Source: Hemiscyllium ocellatum (taxonomy: Eukaryota). Taken from it: a DNA stretch of 64,000 nt. Within the stretch, counting starts at the first letter, position 1. The number at the start of each line of letters is the position of its first letter. Below the pieces are notes generated by a model. That model saw only the letters and a program-made list of their open reading frames with translations. It made no database searches and was not told where the DNA came from. Positions 49,360 through 62,929 of the stretch are shown piece after piece. Location: the NCBI RefSeq assembly GCF_020745735.1, contig NC_083408.1, forward strand, positions 75,236,484 to 75,300,483. The letters are read 5' to 3'. Position numbers and translations under genes: made by a program.

Positions 49360-52300
49360 ATGTAAATCCTGTCCCTCAAGATTCCCTGCAAAAACTTGCC
49401 CACAACTGATGTCAGACTCCCTGGCTTTTCCTTACCACCTTTCTTAAATAGTGACACCACGGTAGCCAACCTCCAGTCTTCCGGGACCTCACCTGTGACT
49501 ATCGATGATACAGATATCTCACCAAGGGGCCCAGCAATTACTTCCCGACCTTCCCGCAGAGTTCTAGGAGACACCTGATCAGGTCTTTATGGGGCTTCAT
49601 GGAAATACAGGAATGAGGAAGTTTTGCTACAATTCTACAAGGATTTTGGTGGAACCACACCTGAGAAACTGCATATAATCGCATTGGAGGTAATGCGGCA
49701 ATGGTTCACTAGATTAGTCCTGGAGATATGAGGACTGTTCTATGAATCTGTGCTCTCTGCAGTTTAAAAGAATAATAGGTGATTTCATTGGAATCTGAAG
49801 GGATTTGAAAGGGTAGACAATGAGATGCTATTTCTCTTGGCTGTTGAATCAAAAACATAGGAACACAATTTCAGGATGAGGGGCTAATTGCTTCAGGTTG
49901 TGATGAGGAAAAATATCATCAATTAAATGTTATGAACCTTAGCTTTTCCAATCTAGAAGGAGGTAGTGGATATTCCACCATCAAGTGAAGATAGGCAGAT
50001 TTCCAGTCACTCAGAAAATCAATTGGAGAACAGATAAAAAAATGGAACTCAGGCAGAAGTTTAAGTTTTGATCAAATTGAATGGGAGACCAGGCTCAATG
50101 GGGGAATATGATCTACTCAAGCTTCTAGTTTTTTTATATAACTATAGTTAAGCAAAACCAATGTTGGGTGGCATGTTAAAGTCAAAACTGGAGCACCTGT
50201 GTTTGTCATATACCAACAAAGAACTGGCAATCACTGTGCACCTCCCATTTCCCAATCTCAGTTTAAGTTTAGTGCAAAGTCAAGGGGCTCTCCAGGTGTC
50301 CAATAGCAGTGATGTCAGCAAGGATGGGCAGTCAATTACATTGCAGTACTCTCATTAAGCGCAAACTAGTAAGTTACAAACACTGATCATTCACTTTTAA
50401 TTTCAATTGTAAGTAGTAAAATATGTAAAATTTCATCATGATGAAAAAGGTTTGATATTTCACAAATACATAATCATGTTTTCAGGACCAATGAGTATGG
50501 TTGGAACCATAATTGTGGCATGAGAATGCTTTCAAAACCCAAGGGGCAACACTTTCAAAGGGTTTTTACAGCAAGATTGTGTTGATTACTTCAGGATTAC
50601 ACTCTGGAGGTGGCTTCAACAGTGTATACACTCTGAAGAAGCAATGATTACTGACAGCAAATTCTGAATTTCACAATATTCTTCACAGTGCCAAATCCCA
50701 AAGTTGCTGTTAATTTCAGTGGCAAAATGATGGAATGCTGACGGTTTTATAGTCATTCCCACCATATAATCCAGACCATTAAAACAAAGCACCATCACAT
50801 AAAATATTGTAATTTCTGTTGTCAGTGTACCTACTGAGAAAATATTTTTATTTAACATGTTTTTGTTATTGTGTGTCTAAAGGTCTCTCATTTTTCCCCA
50901 CTTCTCCTTTTAGTTTATAATAATCTACTTTAATGATCATCTGATGGCTTCTGTAAGACATAGGAGCAGAATTAGGCCATATACATTAATGCGATCTGTA
51001 TGTCATAGGCATCTATTTAAAATATCCTATAAGAATCAATACTGAATAACCCAAAATGTTATACTGATAGTAAAAAAAACAGGCAATATTAGCTGCAAAT
51101 TTCCAGGAAGCATTATATTTTATCAGTCCACCAATTAAAGATGGTGCCTTTGACAACTTGACATTGATTGTTGTTAATTATATTTCTAATCTAAGCAGCC
51201 AAATATCAAAGCCACAACATCAAGAATATGTGTTGTTTCAGCTCTAATGCTGTAACTGTTCTAAAGTGCAACACTACAAGAACTCAACTCCATAGCTTCA
51301 ACAGATTTTAGTCCAAAAACTGTTCAGCTGAGATGCTACACCAATGGTTATATTACCAACTTGATTGTCATCGTGATATCAAAAGGATGAAGTCAGCCAC
51401 TTCTGACATCACTCTCATGCTATTTGCCTACCGTTGTGAAATTACAGGTTGCAAGGGCATTCTCCTGTGATCCATCTGCTATTATAAGGAATTAAAGTTG
51501 TCTCTTAGAGTAACTGAGATGCAAACAAATCACATTTTCTGTTCCTTATCTCAGCAGCATCCTCAATTAAAATATTTCATTGTGAATTTAGTTGTGAACA
51601 TGAGATAAGTTATAGTTGATTACCTGAATAATTGCACGCTAAATAGAAAGCCTTATCCTCCAAATCTGTTATACATTACGTTCATAAGGCAGCTTGTTGT
51701 TGGTCAAGATACACTGTTAGTAAGTAATTCCTTTCATGCTAGTTGAAATCATTAAGTTTCATAAGCCTCTCTAGTGTTCTCAGATGCACTATTTCTGACA
51801 CCAACAAGGTTATAAAAAAGCACCTCAATAGCTTTCGTACTTCTAATGAGAGTGAGTTTATGTATGTCACATTTGCAAGTTTAATAGCTGCAACATCCTT
51901 GTCCCTTTGTAGTTATCTTATAAAGAGCCAGTAGAAGGCTTCTCACTGCACTCAAAAAAAGTAAAGGCATCAAACCTTATTGGCATCGACCCTTTTAAGC
52001 ACATTTTGTGTCAGACTGGAGAGTTTAATTGCCTTTCTTTTTTGCCACATGTCTCACGTAAGAGGTCTCTGTCAGAAAAACTGACAGAAGCTTTGTAATT
52101 GTAAAGCACTTACACGCTGTTCATAAGAGTAGAACACCACTTCCAAGACATTTGTTGAGCAGATAGTTCAGAAAAGTGTTTTAGAAAGAAAGGTATGATC
52201 TACTGCTTTAAAGTATTCCAAGAGAGGGATAATGAGATATACTTCAGCGACGCTACAGTTTCATAAATGCTTCATCTCAAAATAAGCACATTAATCTCAG

Positions 52301-52904
52301 AAAAGAATAAAATAACTCTAAAAAATGAAATTAGAACTCTTCTTACATATCTTCCAATAACCAGTTCTTGAATATATTAATATTATTAAGCATAGATAGT
52401 GCAAAAGAAGTGTAGAACTATTCTGGTTTTTACAAATGACAATGCAATATTAGACTGAGTTTTACTGACCCCTTCTTATGCAGGTAAAAATGATTGTTTG
52501 CCAATCATATTTTCAATTGGTAAGTCATCTTACTTTACTGTGCAAAAGAAATCATATCAGTTCACTTCTCTGTGAATGGGAGTATGAGTGTTGCTACTGG
52601 AAATTGAAAGCTGCAAACTTTCAGGCTGGATTTCCCTGAAGCTTACTTGGGTGACAGTGGAAATATATACAGTTGTACTGGGACTGTGATTTACTGTGAT
52701 TTGCAGGTGGCTAACCCTTTCCATCAAGAATTTTTTTAATGGTGGGTGCATAAAAATTTGCACAGGAATCCATCTTAATTACTGAGTAAATAAATCATAT
52801 CAAACAAAAACCTTTTACATTTTCAGTAACATAGCTACAATTTCTCTGAAAATCTCAGCATGAGACATGAAACATTTAAGATTTTTGAGTCATTTTGTTT
52901 TCAG

Positions 52905-53697
52905 CAGTGGACAGCAAAGAATGTTACCTCAGATTACAATGAGATCTTGATCTGTTGGCCAATGGACTGAGAAGTGACAGATGGAGTTTAATTTAGATAA
53001 ATGCGAGATGCTGCATTTTGGAAAGGCAAATCAGGACAGGATTTATAAGTTTAATGGTAAGGTCCTAGGAAGTGTTGCTGAACAAAGAGTGCTTGTTTCT
53101 AGTTCCTTGAAAGTACAGTCACAGGTAGATTGGATAGTGAAGAAGGCATTTGGTATGGTTTCCTTTATTGGTCAGCACCTTGAGTATCAGAGTTGGGAAC
53201 TGTTAGTTAGGCCACTATTGGAATATTGCATTCAATTCTAACCTCTCTGCTTTACGAAGGACATTGTGAAACTTGAAAGGGTTCAGAAAAGATTTAAAAG
53301 AATATTGCCAGGGTTGGAGGGCTTGAGCTTGGGCTGCGACTATTTTCCGTGGAGCATTGCAGGCTGAGGGGTGATCTTATGGAGTGGCAAGAATAGGGTA
53401 AATACACAAGGCATGGGGCAGTCCAGAGCTGGAGGGCATAGATTTAAGATGAGAGGGGAAAGATTTAAAAGGGACCGAAGGGGTGGTGCATGTATCAAAA
53501 GACCTGCCAGAGGAAGTGGTGGAGGCTGGTACAATTACAACATTTAAAAGACATCCGTATGATATTTCAATAGGAAGGGTTTAGAGGGATATGGGCCAAA
53601 TGGTGGCAAATGGAGGTAGATTTATTTCTGATATCTGGTAGGCTTGGACAAGTGCACCCCAAGGTCTGTTTCCATGCTGTATATGTCCATGACTCCA
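52905..53697 (+). mobile_element. CR1 LINE 3' fragment
   Basis: MEFNLDKCEMLHFGKAN..LVRPLLEYCIQF; CR1 tail ggtctgtttccatgctgtatatgtccatgactc. Confidence 0.82.
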
Positions 53698-54262
53698 CAG
53701 GGAGAGAGATATGTTCAGCTCTTCTCCAGCTTCTCTTCGTCAAAACACACTGCAAACCTGAAGAAAATCTTCCATGCATAAGTTGTTGTATGCTGTGACT
53801 TTTAACTGACAAGTCAAAGACTTTTAAGTGCACCAGCTACCCTGTACTTCTCACTGACCAGTGGAAACAATATGCTGGCCAGTGGAGGAGTCAAAAGGAA
53901 CATTTCAACTAAGATTCTGGACAACAAGGACTAATGAACTGTCTTTCCGATCTTTTATATCCTTTTTTACCCTGTCTATTTGTCTGTGTATGTGTATAGG
54001 GGAGTTTATAAGGGGATTAAAATTTCATTAATGGTGTTGTATACTGATTGTTTATAACTGTTTTACTGCAGCAAGAGTCTTATTATTTGTAATAAACTCT
54101 TGTTCTTGTTCAGTACAGAAACCTGATCTATGCTTTGTCAACCTGGGCCTGAAAATCAGGTAAATTGGGGAACTTCACATACTTCATAAAATCTTCACAT
54201 TTTGTGATAACTCCAGGATAGCAGGGCTTGATTTTCAGTAGGCTACTCTAGTGAATCATAAC
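53698..54262 (+). repeat. Possible solo-LTR remnant
   Basis: AATAAA at ~54091 and terminal ..cataaca; no internal ORF and no TSD confirmed. Confidence 0.3.
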
Positions 54263-54865
54263 ACTACTAGGTTTCATCTTTAGCCTCATTGATAGTCAGT
54301 CATGATACTGAGTAATTTAAAATTTTGATAAGTACCCCATACATTCAAGAAATCATTGATAAAAGTCAAGACCCAATTTATTATCAAAACACTTTAATTC
54401 ATCACTTCAGATTGAGTCAATATCTTCCTTGCAGGCCAACTATCTTGTCTTTCTTAATGCCACAGCCTCTCATTTGCTGGCTCTCCTGATTGCTGCTTCA
54501 CCCTCAAGCTGACTCTCTCCTTCCCCCAACCTTCCCATTTTCTCTTCTGAACCCCATCTGTGTGCAAGAGCTTAGAACAGAGAGAAAGAGGAAGAAAGCA
54601 GGAAAGGAGCTATGAGCTGTAGAAAGAGTGAAGTGGTGAGTCAAAGTCTTGAGGAGTGAAACAGGCCACTCCAAGGTCCTGTTGATTAGATTGCACATGT
54701 CTCACTCACCCTAGTGTGAATGAATGGGAAAAAGAAAGTGCCAAAGTTGACTTTTACTTAAGTATATACAGAAAGTAACCAGTGACACTTACACCCCATG
54801 AGCAAATTTTGAAAAATTGTTTTGTCTCATGGCATTTTTTCAAGTTTCATTCTCTCCTCTCTGAG

Positions 54866-55001
54866 TAAAAAGTGAGGTCCGCAGATGCTGGAGATCACAG
54901 CTGAAAATGTGTTGCTGGTTAAAGCACAGCAGGTCAGGCAGCATCCAAGGAACAGGAAATTTGACGTTTCGGGCCACAGCCCTTCATCAGAGCCCTTCAT
55001 C
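54866..55001 (-). mobile_element. 136-bp PLE mini-element consisting of hammerhead core plus 3' tail
   Basis: Perfect 15-bp TSD tctctcctctctgag at 54851-54865 and 55002-55016; minus strand CTGATGA-AGGGCTGTGGCCC-GAAACGTC (54959-54990). Confidence 0.88.
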
Positions 55002-57154
55002 TCTCTCCTCTCTGAGGCATGCTCCAAATCCCTTCAAGTTTTCCAATAAATCAACCAGGCTAGCACCTGTTCCAGACTTCACTTAGAGAAGATTAAAGTT
55101 CTTCAAGATGGTGAGGTGTATATTCATACCTGTGGCATGTTTCGGATTTCAGCCAAACCGCCTGAATATTGATGACATATGCACCCCGAAACAAAAAAGC
55201 AAAAATAATGGACCAATTCGACCCAAATCATTCTCAATCATTTTTCTGTACAGCATCATCCCCAAGAAGAGGAAAGATAGCCAGCAGTTTTGAAGCAGAC
55301 TTTGGATTTTCTACAGTTGCCTCCAAATTATATTGATAATCAAAACAACCTGACAGCAAATTCAGCTTTTCAAATGCTTCCTTTTAAGTATTACCATCCA
55401 CGTCCTTTTTCTGTCTTAGACATATGCCGCCCTTCCCCAAAGCCCAGTCTTCACAATAATTATATATCAAACAACAATAGATAGGCAACTTGAGGAGAAT
55501 CAGGGTCAAGTACAATAAAAAAGAAATTAATCAGGCTCAAATAGACTTTGCTATGGAGATAGTCAGTTCCTTTACATGATTAAAAGTCCCAAACCAAAAT
55601 GGCTAAAAGTCTTCTTATATATTGGTTTGACTATCAGATATTTTTGACCTTATTTTCTTCTTGAAATAGTCAGTAATGCATGGTTAAAGTGCTGTACATG
55701 AGTTCTGGTGGTGCGTACCTTATCTTTAAATCTTATTACTTTCAAAATAGGAAGTGCAGTCAAGATGAGTTCACATGAACCATTTGGAGACATGGATGAA
55801 AAGGGATGGACAGATTCCTACAGAGGTCAATCATTGAGAAATGTGGTAATCTTCTATTTTGCCAGGGGCTGAAGATGAACAGCGGCAGATCATCTGCTTG
55901 CTAAATACTTCACTCAATTTACCTTCTCATTTGGAAAGATATTGGGCAGAATGTAAACAAGCTACACTGGCTTGTTTTGAACCCTGGCATGTTTAGCAAC
56001 TACCTCATTGACAAGGTGTCAAGATAACAGTGCAACTGAAAGTTCCTGACCACGAAATGGATCTTAGAACAGTGAGATCAGCACAATAGATATTCTTGAT
56101 TCATGTTTTGTACTTCTTTTTCTTTTTCCCAATGTAATCGTGCAGGGCATGGTTTGTATTCAATATGTAAATGCAACATTTCCATCACTTTCATCAGAAG
56201 GCAGTCTATAGTTGTAACCATGGAGAATTCAATTGGATTTTAATTTGCCATGATCTGAAGTAATGTTAATTTCTCCATTATCCTTGTTACCTGCATTTTC
56301 ATTTGACATTAAAAGGTAAGTTTTGATTTAGCACCAATATATTCACAGTGAACAAAACAGTTAGATCTTAAATTACATGCAGACATGTTCTGGATTGAAA
56401 AAAAAATGTAGCAAATGTCAAGTGCCAGTGACTGTGAGGAGGAAAATTATCTGCATCATGAATCACTTATTTATGTAAGAAAAAAAGTAAAATAGTCCCA
56501 ATTTTGAATTAATGGACTTTGTTTTTTTAATAAGCTGTCATAAATGGAACTGTCTAAATGGGATGAATGCTGAACAATATAGGTTTTTAAATAATTAACT
56601 TCAGTTGTACTTAAGAACTAATTGTACAAATTATTTGTATAACTGTGCGTATGATGAATAAACATCAGTTTCTGTTCATCCATATTACAAACTTATTTGT
56701 ATCTATATAAAAAATATTTTTCTTATGATATGTTACTTCTAATTAAAATATAGCTGTCTTATGTGTGCAGCACAAATTATTGAACAACTTTGTATGTTGA
56801 ATATTTGTGTGTTGCCAAATAACCGAGAGAATTCCAAAGTACATGGCTGATTGTTATTTTTCTTCAAGATGATGCCTATCCCCAATTGCTTGCCTCAAAT
56901 ACCTTCAATGAGACTCTGGTCTTCTGATTCATCCATGATCACCTTATGTTATCTATATTATCATTTGGTTTACTGGTTCATCAGATCCCATGGATGTATT
57001 CATAACTCCAGATGTTAGTCAGACAAAAGACCCAAATCCTTGTATCAATCAAAAGGCCTGGACAGCAGCAAAAGCTTGCATTTAACTCTAACAATGCTAT
57101 CACTAGCCTCCACTTAGATCATAATATTTCAGATCTTCTGAGAAAAATCAAACA

Positions 57155-57355
57155 TAAAGATATGCAGGTTAGGTGGCTTGGCCATGCTAAATTTTCCACA
57201 GTTTTAGGGATATGCAGGTTAGATGGATTAGCATGGGGAATGCAAGGTTACAGGGATAGGGTGGAGGGTGGGAGTGGATGGGATATTCTTTGAAGGTCAG
57301 CGTGGACTTGATGGGCTGAAAGGCCTGCTTCCATGCTGTAGAGATTCAATGAATC
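57155..57355 (+). mobile_element. V-SINE 3' half
   Basis: aaagatatgcaggttaggtggcttggccatgctaaatt..gatgggctgaaaggcctgcttcc. Confidence 0.7.
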
Positions 57356-58839
57356 TGTGATATTGTCTCTTTAAACCTATATATTTTGCTGGCAACACTT
57401 TTCGGAGTTTCTATACCAGCTGTTAGCTTTTACCAAAATCAGCCCAGTCAAAGCTGGAGAAGATTTGCATTTCAAAAACACCATAGCAGATCCCCTAAAA
57501 TATGGTCAAAGTATTTTATGAACACCACAACTAACAAAAATGAAAGTTCTTTTGAAAAAGTGGAACTGGTTACTAAAAGGTCACAAAAGGTAGGTGCACA
57601 TATCCTGAACTGGGGCAGTAACTTTCTGACTCAGAGGCAAGAATGACAGCAAATGAGCATGTAGTCATCCCTGCAGTGGCTTGGGGAGTGTAGGCAGCTT
57701 TAGATTTCAGATGGGTCTCTCAATTGAGTCACTAGGTGGACAACATGAGTCAGAAGTTCGGCTGGTTCATCAATTATTCTGCATCAACTATGTTTATTGT
57801 TAAAAACAGATTAGAAGGGACTCATCACTTATCATACACAAAAGAATTGTACTGATAAATCAAAGTTCAGATATTGAAAGATTGAGTAATTGTGCTTCTT
57901 TTCTAACTATTTTTCTGTATGAATTGGAACTCAATAATACTCCACAGAGCTACTATTTGCTGATGAAAAGCATTCTTCAAAAGCTTCAGGGCTATGTTAA
58001 ATATCACTTTCAAATGAATGTTCCCTGTTGTAATAAAGAATATTTCAAAAATACAATCTTAGAATTGTTCATCCAAAACATCATGTTCTCACCCAATAGT
58101 TCATCATGACATCCCAGTGCAGAATCTTATGGAGGTGGCAGGGGTCTCGAAAGCTGCATGGCTCCTCTTTCTGGCAAAGTCCAACGTACTTTAAACCACT
58201 TGGACACTTGACAGGCCTGTCACGGGACTTACATGAAGATTCAAGGACCATGGAGTGCAGGTCCAGCCTACCAAGAGCTACCAGCTAATCAGAGGCTAGC
58301 ACCTGGGAATACAATGACTGCTGCACCCACAAGAAGTGAGGATAGCAGGAGGGGCGCATGTGGAAAGGGAATTGCAGCAAGGGCAGAGGTGGCTGTCAGT
58401 GAGAAGCTCCCCCACCTCTTTCCCAATGTCACGGGTATTGTTCAGGTACAAACATTTTCTTGAGTGAGTGGACCATCTAACCCCTCCAGCCCTGGGGAAT
58501 TCTCAAACAATGCGAACAGAGTTTGTGTTGTGTTTCCTGGAAAGCAAGCATCCCCTCTACTGCTGGATTAATATCAGCAGTGGTGGAATGAGACCTATAA
58601 ATGGGGTATTAATTATCCACTGAAGGGCCTCCATTAACAAGCGGAGGTAGAATGGTGGCAGTGTCCCACCTGGATACCCTTCCACCTGATTGAAAAGGGG
58701 CCTCTCCCTTTCCCCGTTACCAAAAACCCACTAAATGGAAGGAATAAGATTCCATCTACTGTTGCAGTTAAAATGGGGGTACTTAGCATGTGTGCAGGGA
58801 CATCCTTAAACAGCACCTAACATTAAGAGACTCAGTAAG

Positions 58840-59140
58840 AGGCATGGTGGCTCAGTGGTTAGCACCATTCCCTCAGTGCCAGGGACCTCCTGGCTTTGAT
58901 TCCAGCTTCAAGTGACTGTGTGGGTTTCTTCAGGATGCTTCGGTTTCCTCCCACAGTCCAAAGATGTGCAGGTTAGATGGATTGGCCATGCTAAATTGCC
59001 TGTAGCGTTCAGGGATGTGTAGATTACCCATGGGAAATGCAGGGTTACAGGGTTGGAAGGATGGATCTGGGTGGAATGCTCTTCGGAGGATTGGTGTGGA
59101 CTCGATGGGCCGAATGGCCTTCTTCCACACTTCTGTAGGG
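58840..59140 (+). mobile_element. V-SINE (HE1-like)
   Basis: ggcatggtggctcagtggttagcac..ggtttcctcccacagtccaaagatgtgcaggttag..gggccgaatggcct. Confidence 0.82.
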
Positions 59141-59623
59141 TTTCTACTTAAATAACAGAATAGAGTTTGCTGTGGGTGATGAAATAGTGTGCAAACTGAC
59201 TGTGAGGTTCTGTACTGGAAATGCTTCTCTTCTGAAATGCAACATCATGCAGCCAATTAATAATAATAAAGTTAAGATCATTTATTAACTCCAGTGTTAA
59301 ATTATACTTTGGACCCCGTATAAAGAAAAGTGGTGGACTCCACTTAGCCCTATGAATGCATTACAAAAGCGAAATATGCACTGCAGTTTTCAGCTTGGAG
59401 CCAGGAACATTCCAGAAGTTTACAAATGTATGTCTACAAAACATCATTCAAATGATCTGTAAGTAATAAAACCTCATCAAGAGATGTGTTTTATTATATT
59501 TAAATGATATTCATTTAAAATTAGGTTTAACAGAAATGCAGGATTTATTTAATGTATCTATATTTACACAGATTTCAGCAGTGACACGCATCAAAGACAA
59601 CTGTTAGCAGACCTAGCTCATAC

Positions 59624-59807
59624 CTTTCCAATGCCTGGGTTGTCCTTGACTTTACATACAGCCCTCAAAAGGCATGGTGGTGCGGGGGGAGGGGACACTT
59701 GCAAAATACCACTGAAATTTGTTCTGCTGTTTGACAGCTCGTGCGAATGCTGGAGAAGTGGATGGTTTTTCTTTTGCTTCGAAGAGAGATTCAGCTTCTG
59801 TGCTGCT
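59624..59807 (-). CDS. KIF26A: Kinesin-11 family gene, coding exon just upstream of the motor domain (first exon found in window)
   Basis: Translates (R)[13 protein letters not shown]...[31 protein letters not shown], matching KIF26; acceptor ctacAG, donor AAG|GTATGA; 184 bp, ends phase 0. Confidence 0.9.
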
Positions 59808-62800
59808 CTGTAGAATAGAAGGAGACAAAAACAAAACAGTTGTGTTACTAAGAGCGAAATGTAATTTGGCCCAACCAAACAGATGTTCAATGTCATCATT
59901 CCCTGTTTAACAAATCAACTCATTTGATTCTAATCAAATTCCATAGGACTATTCTGTCAAGAGACTAATATAGGCAGATTCAGGCAGAAATATAGCCAAG
60001 ACAATATTCACTTAATTCTCCCTAGCAGAGTTTCAATTAGACTATAACTTGCTGAACAGCTTCAGCAGCTGAGTCCAAGGCTTCAGAAATCTCAGTGACA
60101 CCATAAAAACTGAAATCATTCTCCTGTCACTATAAGGCCAGATGGACTACTCTGGAGTAGACAATACATTATAATCTAACAAGTTATTTGCATTTCAGAG
60201 GAATCACATTCCTTCAGTTTCTGGAAAAATATATAGTAATGGTCACTTTTGTAGCTTCCCATTAATTACTATATCAGTTCTGCTTCTGGTTTACTCAAGA
60301 GGTGCAAACAGCAGGCAAACACAACAGGCCATAAATAATTCGGCACCATAGTGGCTCGTTAAAACAGCATTGCTCAATGAAACAAAACATGAAAGCACTA
60401 ATGCATTTTCAGATCTTGGATGAAAAATTAATTTTGTCAATTCATCACTAATCAAGCATTCAAGCTTTTCAGTATTGACAGAAGAGTAGATGTGAAAGTT
60501 CACCTTTCCAACAGGACACTTTTGAGTAACAGAATTTTAAAGCTACATTTAATTTTAAACTTTCAAAACAACCATTAGCATCGTGCCCTGAATTGTGCAA
60601 AAATCTGTTTTGTAAACCATGTGCTGCAATGCAAGTGGTCAATCCTGGATAAAAATGACAACTGTAGCCTCTGGAGGTTCCAATCCAAATACAGACATGA
60701 AATACATGAGATCTGATGAAATAATTATTACTTCAATAAAGTCTAGAGTAGGATTTCCCTTGGGAGAGACTGTGAAAGGAAACAGGACTTAAAGGCTGCA
60801 TTTGCACATCCACTGTTCAGTTAGACACACAAAGCTTCAACCCACTGCTAACTCTAAAGTTTTGATGAAGCAATCTCTTAGAGTTGAAAGCATGTTGCAG
60901 GAAAAACTATCAGCTTATTTACTACGATTTCAATCAAGTATAGGGAATTCTATTTCTTCTTAAAGACATTTTCAATCATCTTTCATTATTTTAGGTGTGG
61001 AAATTGTATTTAAAAGTATTGAATTTCTTTCCTTGTTATCAGTAACAGCAGAATTTTTATTTTGATAAAAGCTTTTATAAGTACTGACCGAAGCCATTTT
61101 TCTGAGCCAGCATTAAATCAGTATCTTTGAACGAGATTCCACCTCTGACATCAGAAAGGCAGCAACAATGTTAAATTACAAGATCACATTTGAAATCAAA
61201 ATCACAGTATCAAATCAGACAATGGGTTTAAATGACATTAAAAAATGAAATGTTCTATGGGTTCATTAAGAGGAAAGTAAAGGTCATATTTTATACAAAC
61301 TCAAATAATCCTCAAATTCTTTATTCCTTCAAAACTCCAGAAGAATAATCTACTAAATATGATTGATAACCAATATAATGAAGGTGTCTGGAGTCAACTG
61401 TTGTAAATCAATATAGGAAAAGATGCTTGAATTTACTTACAGTTCTTTCCAATCCATCATCTAGTTAGGGTTTATAACCAGCACATAAAGCCAATAAACC
61501 ACAACTTTCCTATCCATTTTCCTTTGACACTCCATTATCCAGGATGTGTAGGGACAGTCTGGTCCAGCAGCAATCATTGAGGTTTCCACATGATTACACG
61601 GTGACTCCTGATAAACCGCTGAGCTCAACAAAGGCACTGCAGTGGTGCCGAGCATAAGTCATCAAGATACATAAATAGCTCATCAGTAGAGACTTGAATA
61701 TCATATTGTACGTCTTCCCTTCTTTACACTGTCAGTTTCCCTCCCTGCTCAACTTGATCTTTAGCTGTTGATTTCTGAAACAGTTCCGAATCTTCCTCTC
61801 TGTCTGATCCCCATGTATCCAAAAGTTGTATTAACTCTTAAAGAATGAACAATGCAGCCTCTCTCCGTCACCTTTATAAATGCTCACCGGAGAGCTAAAT
61901 ACTAATCCCGTCTAATCTCTGCTTTCTCAAGGAACAGAAGCTCAGGCGTGATTTGTCCCGTGCCTCTCTTGTCAAAGGCTCCTCCTTGTCAATATCTTCA
62001 ATGAGCAGCTTTCAGTTAATCATGATGCAAATTAAAATTTCTCCATTACTTTGACAGAGAACTGGCAGCTGTCCTTGATTTTTCCAACTCCCTCCCTTTC
62101 TCCAGTGCCAGCTGAGGTAGCAATACATTCACACTATGTGAATACCACTTCCCTAATTCCTTCTATCTTCCATTCACAACACAAAGATTGCCATGAACTC
62201 TTCATTAGCCAGAAAAGAGAATTCTTGTTCCTTGTGCCCTCAAACTGTGCTGGAACACAATTGGGTCTCTTTAGTAGTTTTATGCAAATCATTCAAGATG
62301 CTAAATCAACCATTCCAGCAGCATTCATTATATACTTATAGTCTTAAATAAACATTATTAAATACTCTCTGATAAAGCTATTCAGCATTTTTGTACAAAG
62401 TAGAAACTGATCTGGGTAAAGGAGCCTTTGTTTCAGTAAAGAAATGCTTATTTATAAAGTATACAATCACTTCTACTTGTAAAGATCACATTCATTTTCA
62501 AATAAAGTGGAACGTTGTGTAAAATTTTGAAGACTATATCTGGTCAGCTAACTACAATTGCCACTTAGCAACATGTGTTGAGAGACAATGGTTATTGTAT
62601 TCAACACGAGACTGGCACATTTCAACAACAACTTGTATTCTTATAGTACCTTTAATCAAAGAAAAGTTCCAAAGGCACATTAGCATTGTGAAGCAAACTG
62701 TGTCAGTAAACCACATAAGGAGATATTAGGTCAGGTGATCAAAAGATCATTCAGAGGTAAGTCTTAAAGTACACCATAAAGAAAGAAAGATCATTAGACC

Positions 62801-62929
62801 ATAAGACATAGGAGCAGAAATTAGGCCATTCAGCCCATAGAGTCTGCTCTGCCATTCAATCATGGCTGATAAGTTTCTCAACCCTATTCTCACACTTTCT
62901 CCCTGTAACCCTTGATCAGTAACTTATAT

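Larger units (their letters stand above)
45996..49583 (-). mobile_element. CR1 LINE (45996-47601 and 49360-49583) split by a SINE and a younger CR1
   Basis: LSYRERLNRLGLFSLE, GSVLGPLRFVIYINDL..KFADDT and GEVPEDWRLA; the halves rejoin as tttccaaatac|atgtaaatcctgtccc. Confidence 0.85.
44830..50140 (+). mobile_element. Old CR1 LINE (44830-45995 and 49584-50140) hosting younger insertions
   Basis: Decayed CR1 motifs (tacttggattttaaaacagcc..tttgataatgtgccacat; gcaattagtgaggcaaatg) resume in colinear order after 49584. Confidence 0.6.
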
